NCBI GenBank assembly: GCA_044892525.1
Contig: CM097885.1
Location: 24,988,001-25,052,000 of the forward strand
Reading direction: 5' to 3'
Source: Schmidtea polychroa
Lineage: Eukaryota
Length of the DNA: 64,000 nt
In this document: positions 1 to 12,900 of the stretch, in pieces
Position numbering within the stretch: position 1 is the stretch's first letter
Layout of the letters: each line of letters starts with the position of its first letter
Notes under the pieces: generated by a model
Told to the model about the DNA's origin: nothing
The model's input: only the letters and a program-made list of their open reading frames with translations
Database searches by the model: none
Made by a program: the position numbers and the translations under genes

Positions 1-480
1 ATAAGTCATGTGACCTTGAAAATGACCTTGATGAGTCATAGGATGACTCAGATGACCTTGAAAATGACCTTGAAAAATTTGATGAGTCATCGGATGAGTC
101 ATATGACCTTGAGAATGACCTTGGTGAGTCATAGGATGAGTCATATGACCTTGAAAAAAATTTTCCAATGTCATATGAGTCATACTATGAGTCATGGTCT
201 TTGTTTCAATGACCTTGATGAGTCATAGGATGAGTCATATGCCCTTGAAAAATTTTTTCAAGGTCATATGAGTCATACTATGAGTCATATGACCTTGGAA
301 ATGACCTTGATGAGTCATGGTCTCTGTTTAAATGACCTTGAGAAAATTTTTTTGACCTTGGTGAGTCATATTATGAGTCATATGACCTTGAAAATGTCCT
401 TGATGAGTCATCGGATGAGTCATGGTCTTTGTTTCAATGACCTTGATGAGTCATATGTCTTTGTTTAAATTTGACCTTGA
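1..480. repeat. Irregular tandem repeat built from ATGAGTCAT and TGACCTTGA modules
   Basis: More than 15 TGAGTCA and many TGACCTTG motifs in shuffled order; runs off the window start. Confidence 0.9.
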
Positions 481-563
481 AAAAATGTACTTTTAGACTT
501 AGAATATTTTTGAAAATCTTACCGGCGGGGGGGGAGGGGGGGGTACTGTGCTAGCGGTGCCCT

Positions 564-1964
564 GTGCCAGCGGTGCCCAATCCATCTACTGACCTACACC
601 CAGCACAGAAACTACATGCATATAAAACCTTTATACACTCCCGATTTATTTTTCCTTTCCGAACATGCACAATCAATCATATGATACTTGACTGCAATAG
701 GAATAAAGTAGTGCAGAATAGAGAAAAACAACTAGGCTATGACCAAAAAATTAAACGAATAATTAAAAACGAACTAAAAGACATACACCAAAATCTTAAT
801 AATAACTTTATTTATGCGAACTGCTCTTTAGGAGGATTAGGTATCACATCATCCATTGATGAATACATAATCCAAAGTATCACCCAATTTATTAGGATAT
901 TTAACTCAGATGACATTAAGATGAGAAATTTTATATTAAGTGAACTTATTGAAATAGTCAAAATTAGATCATTAAATAAGGAAATCAATATTAATAATGC
1001 CCTAGACTGGCTTAATGCAGACTGTAAGGGGGACATAAGTGGTAAATCTTCAACAATTTTTTCAAAATTTAGGGAATCATGTAAGAGAATCCGCGAAAAA
1101 TTCAATATTCAATGCAAAATAATAATTATTAAAGGCTTTTTTAACCTAGAAATAAAATACAATAATGAGATTAATTATATAGATAAGAATAACCTAGAAG
1201 ACACATCCTCGGCATTACATAATATTACAAGTAGATGGTATGCTGAAAAATGGTATGACATGATCCACCAGGGACACATATCAAAAACAATAGGAAACAA
1301 TAACTTATCTGCATACCCAATAAAATCAACTGACCTTACCGACAATCAATATTACTTTATAATTAAAGCACGCAATAACATGCTCAGTCTTAATTACACA
1401 ATAAATAGGCACAAAGAGAACCAAAACATACTCTGCAGATTATGCAGCAAAGACTGGGAAACACAGGCACATATTTTTAACCACTGCACCAAAACACAAA
1501 ATGCTAGGAGAAATAAGCACAATAGAGTATTAGAAATAACGCATAAATATCTAACCTCCAAAAACTTTAATGTTGACACAGAGAGAGCACCACCAGGAAC
1601 AATAACTACACTAAGACCTGACTTAATTATAACTTCAAATAGAAACAAAAAAATACACCTACTTGACATTAAGGTACCGTATGACACAATAGAAAATTTT
1701 AACAACGCTAGAGATAACAATTTTGAGAAATATAGAAACTTGGCTATTGAAACTGGCACTGCAAATAAAACTAAAACTACATTATATGCACTTGTTGTAG
1801 GGACTTTAGGAACCTGGGATATCAACAATGATAAACCCTTAAGAGGTATAGGATTAATTGATAGGGAAATTAACATATTAGCTAGGAAATGTATTATAAC
1901 AGCGATCACAGCGAGCTATAATATCTACATGGACCACATTTTAAACACTTTAACTGATAATTAA
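564..1964 (+). mobile_element. 5'-truncated non-LTR retrotransposon with restriction-like endonuclease (R2/R4/NeSL-type), C-terminal part of ORF
   Basis: HPAQKL and GGLGI RT-thumb motifs, CCHC knuckle CRLC...ETQAHIFNHC, RNKHN, and RPDLII...LLDIKV (PD..D.K) nuclease motif. RT core is absent. An A-run at ~2113-2121 may be the 3' tail. Confidence 0.85.
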
Positions 1965-2400
1965 TATACTATAATATTATATACTAAAATTACTTTAATA
2001 TCTACTACGTGAATTTGAATATATTTGTGAATATAATATACATTGATTACTTTACCTATACTATACTATAATGTACTATTATATCTATACTATAATAACG
2101 TGGTTTTCGCTCAAAAAAAAATATATATATATATATTTATTTACTTGATATGCTTCTATAGTGTGTGAACCTTCTCTTGTTTATTATGGTTGTATATTGA
2201 CGTCTGATTTGATCTTTTTATCATACGAACTTTTTATTAAGGCCTTGTGACGGCCAGTTTTTGTCCTTAGAGCATCGTGATGGCATTTTGACTTTTTTTT
2301 TTGTTTTACAAACTGTTTTTTGGTGATTCAACTTTTTATTGCTTGTCGTACTGTCTTTGTGTGTTGTTTGTGTAGTACCCCATTTATATTAAAAAAAAAA

Positions 2401-2685
2401 AAAACCTACGATAACGAAACCTACGATAACGAAAACCTACGATAACGAAAACCTACGATAACGAAAACCTACGATTAAGAAACCTGCGATTATTAAACTT
2501 ATGATAAAGAAACCCACGATAACGAAACTTACGAAACCTGCGACTAATAAACTTATGATAAAGAAACCTACGATAACGAAACTGACGATAACGAAACTTA
2601 CGATAAAAGAAACCTATGATAAAAGAAACCTACGATAAAAGAAACCTACGATAAAAGAAACCTACGATAAAAGAAACCTACAAAA
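2401..2685. repeat. Minisatellite, ~15-16 bp unit AAACCTACGATAA(C/AA)G
   Basis: Tandem units directly visible after a poly-A run. Confidence 0.9.
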
Positions 2686-2849
2686 TCAGAAGGAAATCAG
2701 CCTTGATCCCTAAACCAGTACAAGGCTTGGACGGGAAAAAAAATAGAAAAATTCGGTTGTTTAGCTTTGGCCGCTGGCCGAAACTCGTCCCGTAAAAAGG
2801 ACCAACCTGTCTCTTCGGAGGCAGGCTTTCATGAAATAAAATTTTGATA

Positions 2850-4051
2850 AATAGAAAAGGAGGGAGTGCCCCTGGAAGAATTAGAGGAGGTCGAGGTACA
2901 ATAACATCTTATTTAGTGGGTGTGATTTAGTTAACGATCCAAATTGACTGGTGTTTATTGTTGAATAATAATCTCGTATTCATTTGGTGTCTCAATTAAT
3001 GATTAAAATTGACTAGGGTACTATTAAGTGAAGCGTTTTCCTTTTGAATCGAGTTGTAAGCGACGGGTATATCAATTTCCTAGCGACACATTACTAGTAT
3101 TGATTAATAAGCTCAATTATTCGTTGTTCCAGCTCTTTTAGTATGTGTAAAATTAATAACACCCTTTATGTTTTCAGTGTATAAGTTAATGGAGAATCTT
3201 CGGAAGGATCGGGAGCAGGCCCAACAACGTGCTGACGAACTCCGGGTCCGAGTGGACAGGTTGAAAGGAAAATGTCGGGAGTTCGAGGGGACCTGGTTTA
3301 GTCCCGAAGCGATGAAGAAGAAAACAGCCCAGATCCTCCAGCTGCAAACACAGGCCGCTCAGGACCAAATGGAGATCCGCGCCCTGAAATTGCAGGTGCG
3401 GGCGCTCGAAACCGAGCGGAACGAGCGGTTTGTGCAGGAATCTGCAGCCAGGCAAATCCGGCCGCTGACCATCGAGCTGGCAGCGATATATCCTCCAGCC
3501 GCCGAAAGAAAACCTAAACGAAAGCGGCTAGGACGGAACATTCGTGAGAAATTAAAGAAGGCCAGGCTGGCCGAATACGAAAAGCAAGTGACCTCATCGC
3601 AAGCGTCTACGACGGGACTAACCGGCCCCACCAATCGGCCAAGTTGAACTTTTATTCCGTATTATGTATTTCTGTAGTGTGTCTTATAGACCTTGTAGTA
3701 CTAAAATAATGTTTCTTTTGCGTGTTGGTAAAGTAATACATATTGTAGCGTTAAACTAATGTCTGATGTATCTTATGATTGCCTGAGGAATGAGAATTTG
3801 CGCATAAGGTTGGGAAAACAATTTTGATAGGGGACCTGAGAAATCGGACACACACCTTCTATCGGTAGTCCGTGAACCCATGGAGTGCTCGACAATTATA
3901 GTGCTTTGATGCGCTCACTTTTTGCGGGTACTCAACCCTTGGTACAGTACCAACGTTGATTACTCAACGGGTACCAAGCGGGAACACTAACGTTGTATGT
4001 TGGGTTACGCTGGTAACAGCACTTAACCATTCGACCACCAGTAACCCACCA
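2850..4051 (+). mobile_element. 3' part of giant ORF-bearing LTR (family X): ORF-A tail, ORF-B, conserved terminus ending AACCCACCA
   Basis: 2852-2900 encodes EKEGVPLEELEE (ORF-A tail); ORF-B at 3168-3647; terminal ~230 bp matches other copies; followed by a PBS-like sequence. Confidence 0.8.
3178..3647 (+). CDS. LTR-X ORF-B, coiled-coil protein with basic C-terminus (probably a spliced exon)
   Basis: Homologous ORFs at 6624-7060, 49701-50149 and ~62664-63102. Conservation begins right after TTTTCAG at 3177. Confidence 0.7.
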
Positions 4052-4059
4052 TACAAATT

Positions 4060-4077
4060 TGGGGGCTCAGTCGGGAT
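4060..4077 (+). promoter_or_regulatory. Primer-binding site, tRNA-Pro-like
   Basis: TGGGGGCTCAGTCGGGAT, a 15/18 match to the canonical tRNA-Pro PBS TGGGGGCTCGTCCGGGAT, 8 nt after the LTR-X CA terminus. Confidence 0.7.
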
Positions 4078-4618
4078 TTGAAAATTTAATTGGTGAAAGA
4101 ACCCGAGAATAGATATCATTGAAATGGAACATACTTGTTTGACTCTGCTTTATAGAAATTTTCGGAGTAATAATCGGACCACAAGTGTAAAAGCAGCCAT
4201 TATTGGTGTATAACAGTTACAGTGTTTGTGAATTTTTCACCAACAGGAATATGTCGAAAAATATTCCACAATTAATCATGGGGTACACTACCAAAAGTAT
4301 CTTTAATGTCAAGAAAACCAATAGTAATAAGTGTATAGTGCTCAAGACAAGAAGAAAGTATAGAATTGTGTTTCATAGAACTCTTTTTGCTCGATATAGA
4401 GTATATCGTTTTCTTTCATTCATAATGTAAGGCATCTTAGCTAAAATCGATACAAATACCTTATAGACCACAGATAAAAAAGCAATCAGACGCCACACCA
4501 GATATCCAACTTAATAATCTAACTTACCAATATTGTGTCTGATATCAAGAAGATATGCAATTCACGGACTCAAAATTATCAAAGTCATTAGGTGCTTAAT
4601 TTACTCCATTTTTTTGTT

Positions 4619-4624
<6 letters not shown>

Positions 4625-4708
<84 letters not shown>
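4625..4708. repeat. (TA)n microsatellite
   Basis: Directly visible. Confidence 0.95.
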
Positions 4709-4711
<3 letters not shown>

Positions 4712-5254
4712 CTATATTATATGAGATGACATTTTATATCTATTTTTAAATTATATAATTCAATAGATTGGTAATACTCCTGTCGCTCCAATTAAACATA
4801 TGGTTTTAGAGCCTTTAAAATGAAATTTTCAATCCTTAATATAACATGGTAATGGAAGGAGACGGCGGTTGACCTCGTGTCAGCTTTGGAGTCGTCTCGA
4901 AATGCCGGCTATACTGTCGTCACGGCCTCGGGAGCTCCATGAATGGATGTGGATTACACCGAGATCGAATTATCTGAACTGCTGAAGGAACCCGAGAGTG
5001 CAGATTTTTAGAAATCGTCGGCCTCGACTACTTCGTCGCGTAGAACCTCAGAATACCTGATCGTATGATGAATCTGAACATTGCCATGTGTATACGTATG
5101 GTATAAAGTACAACAACCATGTTGTCATCTAGGAAGGAATCACTTCAGTATCTATTGACACCCCTGGCACATCCTACCTGGCACACCCAAGATGACTCAA
5201 CAGTAAAATATATAGGTTAAGGTCAAATTGTTGAGGTCAAGGGCAATTTGAACC

Positions 5255-5437
5255 TTTTTGACAGGGGTCGTTTTTTGCCAAGCCCCCTTATATCAGAGGC
5301 ACTTTTGTCGTAAGCCGTTTTGCTAGGGGCCCTTTTGTCGGGGGCCTTTATACCGGGGGCCTTTATGTCAGGGGCCGTTTTGTGCCGGGCCTTTATGTCA
5401 GGGGCCGTTTTGTCCCGGGCCCTTTTGACGGTGCACC
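5255..5437. repeat. Degenerate ~15-bp tandem repeat GGGGCC(T/C)TTT(T/A)GTC, possibly a subterminal array of a non-autonomous DNA transposon
   Basis: About a dozen visible units; the transposon origin is inferred. Confidence 0.7.
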
Positions 5438-6623
5438 ATATTCATATCAATATACTCATATTCAAACTAACAAAAATTTAGTAGTTGTTTAAGCTGGCTA
5501 ATTTAGCCACTTTATTAGGTGATTTTTTTATCACGTTAGATGATGAGAGCAGACCCATCACTACATTTACCTTAGATAAATATTATAGAAAAGGGCCAAA
5601 CAAGTATGGGGTCAATGTGTTCGCCGAAGAACTTAATTAAATAAAAATTCTCTATCTCTCTCAATCCAATTTCCCAACAGTTCAACAATCCAATTCTCCA
5701 AATAAAAATAATAACTTTCAACATCTCCTGTGTGTACATAATCTTAATTCTAACTCTATTCTATTGACATTCATTTATAACATTCATAATTTTAATTTGA
5801 ACTTTATTGAATTTTACTTTTATTCATCTATATCTGTATGACCTTCATTTATATTGAATTTTATCCTTATCAAAATTGTATTTTTATTGTGAATTTTTAT
5901 TTTAATGTCATTTTTGTATTTAAATTTTTATTGTAAAACATAAAAAACATATATATAAAGGGTATTTAATAAGAAATCAATTTTTATAAATAATTTCAAA
6001 GTTAATATGAACGAAATAAATTAATATGCAAAGTATAAAGTATATAAAATTAATTCGTGTGTAAAGAGACAAAACATTTTGATATATAACGAGCTTGCAA
6101 AATCAGTTTAATAGCCAAAAATTATTGTCTTAACTATTCAAAGGGTAATCCTGAGAATAATTTAATAGCGAAACAGAACAGAACGTTTCACATAATTTTC
6201 ATAAAGAAGCAGTAAATAATACACAACACGCAACAACATATTAATGGTGGGTTACTGGTGGTTGAGTGTTTAAGTGCTGTTACCAGCGTAACCCAGAATA
6301 CAACATTGTTTTCCTCCTGGTACCCGTTGAGCAATCAACGTTGGTACTGTACCAAGGGGTTGAGTACTCGCAAAAAGTGAGCGCGTCAAGCACTGTAATC
6401 GTCGAGCACTCTATGGGTTCACGGACGCCGATAGAAGGCACGTGTCCGATTTGTTTCGGTCCCTCATCGAGGTTGTTTTCCCAAACGCCTTCCTACCAAT
6501 CCTCTTGTTTTAAACGACCGCAATGTTCAATCACATACTCATTAAACAACAAGAATCATTTATTAAACCACTACTATGTTACAAGGGTTGTTTATTCAGG
6601 AGGGTCGCACTCTCGAACGTCTC

Positions 6624-7060
6624 TCAGGATCGTGGATTGGCTTCAGTCTCTTTCAACTTCTGCTCGGCCAGCCAGGCCCTTTTCAATTTGTCGCGGGTAT
6701 TCCGCCCTAGCCGTTTACGTTTCGGCTTGCTTGTCTGGGCTGGTGGGTATATCTTGGCCAGCTCCACCGGAAGTGGGCGAATCTGCTCGCGAAGAGTGTC
6801 CTGGATAAATCTTTCATTCAGTTTGCTCTCGAGCGAGCGTACTTGTAGCTTCAGCGCTCGGATCTTGAGTTGATCTTGCTCCGCCTGGGTCTGGAGTTCC
6901 GAGATGTGGGTCGTCCGTTTCTTCATCTCGGCTGGACTGAACCAAGTGCCTTCGAGTTCTCGGCACTTGATTTTTAGCTTCTCGACCCTATTTTGAAAGT
7001 CCTCGGCTTTTTGCTGGGCCCGTTCGCGGTCCTTACGTAGGTTTTCGAGCAACTGGTACA
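6624..7060 (-). CDS. LTR-X ORF-B coiled-coil/basic protein
   Basis: Open frame with LENLRKDRE...EGTWFSP...KRKRLGRN conserved across copies; preceded by a TTCAG acceptor. Confidence 0.7.
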
Positions 7061-7372
7061 CTGAATGGAAACAATAATAAAATTCCATCGCTCGCTGTCA
7101 TGTGCGTAAAGTTGGTTAGATTAATTGCATGAAATTAATAAGTGGATGATGAGAAAAGGGTCACCTCAATCATGAATACACCCCATCAGCTATAAAGTCC
7201 AAAATGTAATAGCAGAAAAAATAATTTATTATACTACGAAGATACAAGATAGACTATATTTTCAAGGTTTAATGAACAGAAGAAAAATACAATTTGTTAT
7301 ACTACTACAAGGTAAATATCACTGGATGAAATCAGTCAAAACCATTCCATTCAAGCCACGACTGTCGATGGG

Positions 7373-7735
7373 TTAGGCCAGTATCTTACGGGGCCTTCCC
7401 CGTTTTCGTGGAGGGGTATCGGTCTCCTCCAACTCTTCAGGAGTCACCCCCAGTGTTTCGGCTTTAAGTTGGAGCTCGAGTCTCCTCAGCCGCCTTTGGG
7501 CCTCCACCACCTCGTCGGCCGCTCGATCGCGGGCTTCCCGGAGCACGTTGTTGGTGGGCTCTACTTTCACCCACGCCGGGGCATCGGGTTCTGGGCCACT
7601 TCGGATGACCGGACCATAATTATCGAGGTCCAACCCCCGGTTCCAGTCGTGTATCCGATACCATATGTACCGGGTCCGGAGCCGTGTTATCATCTGCCGG
7701 TATTCTACTTCGTCGGATTCGCTTGATTGGGACAT
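7373..7735 (-). CDS. LTR-X ORF-A, ~120 aa protein with C-terminal AT-hook/NLS (PPRKRGRPRK)
   Basis: Homologs at 41084 and 63428-63793 share RLRTRYIWY and GPEPDAPAWVK motifs despite many third-position differences. Confidence 0.75.
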   Translation of the reverse strand: MSQSSESDEVEYRQMITRLRTRYIWYRIHDWNRGLDLDNYGPVIRSGPEPDAPAWVKVEPTNNVLREARDRAADEVVEAQRRLRRLELQLKAETLGVTPEELEETDTPPRKRGRPRKILA

Positions 7736-8899
7736 TCTACCAAATAAACCCAATTAACAGAGATATTTGTGGGGGAATGATTGATTCGGTTAAATAGAGC
7801 GTATATTAATTTAAATCTCGGTTATTAATCCGTTATGTAATTTATCAATTAAAAATTTTCTTTTCCCACTGTTAGATCAGTGCCGCCGAAACCTCACCAA
7901 ACCTATGGCTAAATAAAAATAATAACAAAATTAATTTCTGAAGATCTAATCCTATTTGACAGGGTTAATTCAGCAATTCAACTTTTATATTCACAAAAAA
8001 ATAAATCTCACTTTGTTTATCTAATCTAATTATTGAAAGTTTTATAATTCATTTTTAAAGTTTGTTATGTCATCGACATAAGATTTTATTTTATGTTAAT
8101 TATTTGACCTCTGAATCAACCAGCTCCGTCGGTGCTGGGTGAGCTGTTGGAACTTAGTTTCCCACCTCATCCTCACTTAGACGGGGTTGTCATGTTCAGG
8201 GTGACCATCTTACTATGAATTTTAGGTTGTTTGTTTCGTCTCCGGATCAGTTCAATATCCATGCTACGGTGATATTATAATCGTGGATTTATGCCCATTT
8301 TCATGAGGTTTCAACGCCGAGTTTGCATCGGTAACGTGCACCCTGCTGTTTTCCTTCTAAAGGAGATTATTAGCCTGCTCATGGCTGTGTATTTTAGTTG
8401 GAATTCTACTGCTATACTCGTACACTGAATGCTTGGATATACAATTCCTCATTTGTCAAGGTAAGCTAAATTTTGTGATACAAAGCTAATTTTACGTTAA
8501 TAATTACTGTAACTAATTTGCAATGCAGTAAGGGGAATATTGATGATATTCAGGATAGCGGAAATTATGGGGAGCGATATAGATAGTAATAACAGTGCTA
8601 GTGATGATCTTAATCATAGAAAATGCTATTACTCATTTCGCAAGGTTCAGCTAACATACAGTAATATCCTTGAAACAAAAAGAAAATTTTATGCGTTTCA
8701 GGAACAGCGCTCATTTTATGGGTTATCATTTATCCTTAATCGGTGAGGTGGTTCATATAATATAAATACTCATGAATTATATCTTGGAGAGAAATACAGT
8801 TCGTAGTTTATGTATTTATAATTTAGGTTCTAGTCAACATACAACTTGTAATCTGCCTTCCCACACCTAATTTTATAATACTATTTAGAATTTCTATTC

Positions 8900-9960
8900 C
8901 AATAACCCAAATCCATACATAATTTATATATATAATTATCCCTGGTTTTTATCTTATAATCTAGTTGCATTAGTAACCCTAAATAACTATCCAGAGTTCG
9001 TGTTTTTTAGATTAGAGGTTATATATGACTGTTTATAATTAGGGTTATAGTCACACTACATTTATAATTTATATATTACTCGTTGTAAATTATAATTTTA
9101 TAATCCAAGTTTATATATAATCATCTATAATTGATATTTTGTACGTAAAATTAAATCGTAACCATCAATATACCTATATAATTTATAATCAACTATTTAC
9201 AATAATCATTTATAATTTATATTTTGTGAGTAAAATTTATTCGCACCTATTTATAGATTATCTTTCTATGGACAATATACGTTTATAATTTATATACAAC
9301 CATTTCTACTTTATATTTTATAATCAAAATTTTTATATAATTATTTATAATTTATATGTTTATAAGTAAAATTTATTCGTAACTATTTATAGATTATATT
9401 TTTAGGATCAATATCCGTATATACTTTATATATAACTATTTATAACCATTTATATATAACTATTTATACATTATATTTTATATTTTATACTCAAAATTTT
9501 TACCTAATTATTTACAATTTATGTTTTTGTAAGTAAAGTTTATTCCTAACTATTTATAGTTTATATTTTTAAGGTCCAAGTATATATAGGATTATATGTA
9601 ACTATCTATAATTCATATCCCTAATTATAAATTTATACGTAACTATTTGGAAATTATATTTTCATGGCCAAAATTTTTGCACAATCATTTGTAGATCGAA
9701 TTGTATAATCAAGATACATCGGTAACTTACATATAACCATTTATATGTTATATTTTTAAACTCGGATTTGCATAAAACTATTGATAAATTATATTCTTAT
9801 AAAATTTTGGGTATCATTCTTTATAGATTATAGTTTAATAATTTCCCATAAGTATTTATACTCTATATTCTAAATTCAGAGTTATATATAACCATTTATA
9901 AATGATATTTCTGTAATTAAAATTTTATGTATAATTATTTTTAGATTGTATTTGTATAAT
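8900..9960. repeat. Degenerate AT-rich tandem array (TTTATAATT-type) inside LTR-X
   Basis: Visible periodic array; the counterpart at ~43300-43980 is in the opposite orientation. Confidence 0.7.
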
Positions 9961-12900
9961 TAAGATAACCACTTATCATTTACTCTTAATACTCGAGATA
10001 GAGTTACCAATTATAGGTCGTATCTTAGGTTTAAGGCCTATATTGTATTATCATCGTGCATATATAATCTATACATAGCCGCTCATATATATAAGCCAGG
10101 GTTCGAACTTAGCATAAGATTATATTTTATGAGATAATCTAGAATTCACGGTTATAGGATGTTTTTAATTTACACTTTATATACAAATTCCATTTTGCAA
10201 TTTATAAATTTTTCTTTTTATAAATAATCTATAGTTATAATTTTAATTGATAGGTACTTTATAGTTGAATGGGCCAATTTATAATGGAACAGACATTCAC
10301 ATCAAAAATTTTATTTTATAAATTAAAAAGACTTTATCGATAATCATTTAAATGATGATATTACATTCTTTAATAACACTTCTGTAATATTGATTCATAA
10401 GGGGAAAACTAAAGAAGTTAGTTATCTTTATAATATGACCCTAACTCCTGATCGATTCGGATGTTGGCAATGCTACATTTTAATCCTGAGATGAAAATAC
10501 ATACTATTCGCTGGGGCTTTTATACATGATTGAATCTATCCCATCCTTTACGCTTGTCGAAATTCGAGGTGTTATCATCGTAATTAGATCCGAGAAAACC
10601 CGTACACCTTTATAAAAAAAAATTTTTATTTACTAACGATGTTCGTCCAACGCCTAAGTGGAGAGGTCCCAACCGACTACATTAACTGAATTGTAATTGC
10701 TGTGTTTAATTTGGGTCTGAGATCTACTCAATTATGATCCTAGTGTGAAGTAGTGTGTGAAATTTTTAATGTTGATTTTAAATGTGTACTGCATTGGAAC
10801 TCGGGAAGAATGCTTGCTTACACGGCCCCACTGTGACCGCTACGACAAGCCATATTGTAATGTTGAGTTGAAACATCACTGTCGACCGATAAATAAATAT
10901 ATGGAGCCATAGCGGAGGGGTTTTATCGACACAACTCCATGGTAGAACCATGAAGTGGCCGACCTCCGATGACCGAACAAAAAAAAATATATAAGAGATA
11001 TTGCCTGTCTGCATGTGAAATCGTTATTTGAAAATTAATATTAAATGCAGGACTAAATAGAGACGCACTAAGACGCCGCTGATTAGTCAAAAAAAAAATA
11101 AAAACAAGTTAGATCTTGAGGGGGTCAAAATCAATTAAAATCATTGACATTAAAATCATTTGCATTAATGAATCAAAACATAAATATACTAATATCAAAA
11201 ATGAGAATGATGAACATCAAAAAGGAAAAACTACTTACTATTAGTTTTCTGGACAAAATTTTCGTTCACAAAATATTGGCATAAAAAAAAATGATGATTG
11301 TGACTGAAACGTGTCAGTATATATACCTATTTTGTACACGTGTATGTATTGATGCATTAAAACAAACTCGAATTCTTTTTATTCCAGAATTTTCTATTTT
11401 GCGATTTTGATATTTTTAGTGGCAATTTTAGTGCCATAATTTTTGTTTTTATTTCTATATTTTTATTTTCTAATTATTTTTCATTAATTTTACGTCCATG
11501 ATGGATTTGGAACGGTTCCAGAACATTCCATGTTAATTTTAATTTAATTTTTATTTTAGTGATGTCTTATGAATTTCTTTTTAAGATTTTCTTTATTTTT
11601 ATTACTAATTTATTTATTTTTCTAAATTTTATTGTTTAAGGTAGCTTTTACGATGGTCATCGCCATTTTTATGGAATGTTCTCGGTTTTTCTGGAATTTT
11701 TTTCTGTTTTTACCATCTTTAAAGTTATTCGAGTTTGTTTCTTGTAACTCTATGTTTATTTGGTTATTTTTGAGTTAGATTTTGCATAGCTTCTTGCGCT
11801 TGTATAATTTTATTTAATTTCTGTGTTTATTTTTTGTTGCTTTCTCCTTTAATTACCATTGTTTATTTGGTGTAGTTTTTAATATTTAGCTATACTTTTT
11901 GCTTTTTTGCATGTTGTGTACCTACACATTTCAGTCACAATTAGTATTTTGGGTCTAGAAGTCAGTTCTAGCCCAACATTAAGAAGAACATAATACGCAC
12001 CTATTGCTCAGTGAATTTTGGAAAAGCTTGGAAAATAAATTGTATAGTTCAAAAGGTGAATTTTACTTATTAATAAAATTTTGTTGAATAGTCTTATTGT
12101 TATTGAATTAATTATATAAGAACCAGTAAGTTGGGGTTTTCAAATAGTGAGACCTTAACAATCACAAATATTTACCTAAATAATTTCCGGCTAATAGTCA
12201 AGATCGGGTATTATGTTTCCACCAGAATCAGGGAGGTGCAATGCAACGATCCGTGCATTTTACGCGGGTTTCTTGCATTCCCTAACTGCAGTTGTTGTAG
12301 GTGGCTGGAACAACATCAGCTCTATTGGTAATTTTCTTCGTTTTATTTGAATGTTATTTTCAATGTTCAAGGCACGTATGTTTCTACAAAAAACTCCTCG
12401 CAAGAATTCACTCGTGCAAGAAATAACTCATGATCGGTCATGTCATGTTGAATGTAACTACACCATGAATCAGTCAAAATAAATTCTTAAGTACCGTGAC
12501 CAACTGAATTCATATGATTTAAATTATATAAATGTAAAAGTATTTCTCAAATATTGAACGCTGTTAATTATGAACCAAATCGATAGTTTTGAATAATCAC
12601 ATCATTTTATCCAATAATTTAACCGTCAATTGTAAGACCCCCACAATATGAACAAAAAAGGTGACTAATATAGGAAAAGAAAGGATTTGCCAAGAAAAAA
12701 ATTAACTTGCGAAAAGAGGATAAACGAGATGGATAAAAACCAGAGACAGAAGTACAATGTTTCAGTTGGATTGGTTATTTAGCTTTTGAATATAGAATTC
12801 GAGAAAGTTTAATTAATCTTTTAATTAAGAAACGACAGAAAAAATTGAGGAAAAGTGGGTTTAATGAGTATGGAAGCAGAAATATAAGTGTTTCAAGAAA

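Larger units (their letters stand above)
6245..11978 (-). mobile_element. Complete ~5.7-kb solo LTR (family X) containing two ORFs
   Basis: On the minus strand it begins TGTTGGGC (11978) and ends AACCCACCA (6245). TTAA flanks both sides (6241-6244, 11979-11982). The 5' part is homologous to 41480 onward; the 3' part to 2850-4051 and 62284 onward. Confidence 0.8.

Noticed and set aside
10..468. ORFs 10-228 and 268-468
   Set aside because: Translations of the tandem repeat.
2401..2685. CRISPR-like appearance of short repeats (also 58530-58670 and 59915-60047)
   Set aside because: No unique spacers and no cas genes; eukaryotic context. They are minisatellites or TIR sub-repeats.
4533..4724. 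YIYI ORFs (also 13897-14305) and poly-L/I/N ORFs at 39749-40283
   Set aside because: Microsatellite translations.
6266..6808. 180-aa ORF repeated at 62305-62850
   Set aside because: Antisense to LTR-X, shared only by two close copies and diverging in frame at the 3' end; not open in the other copies.
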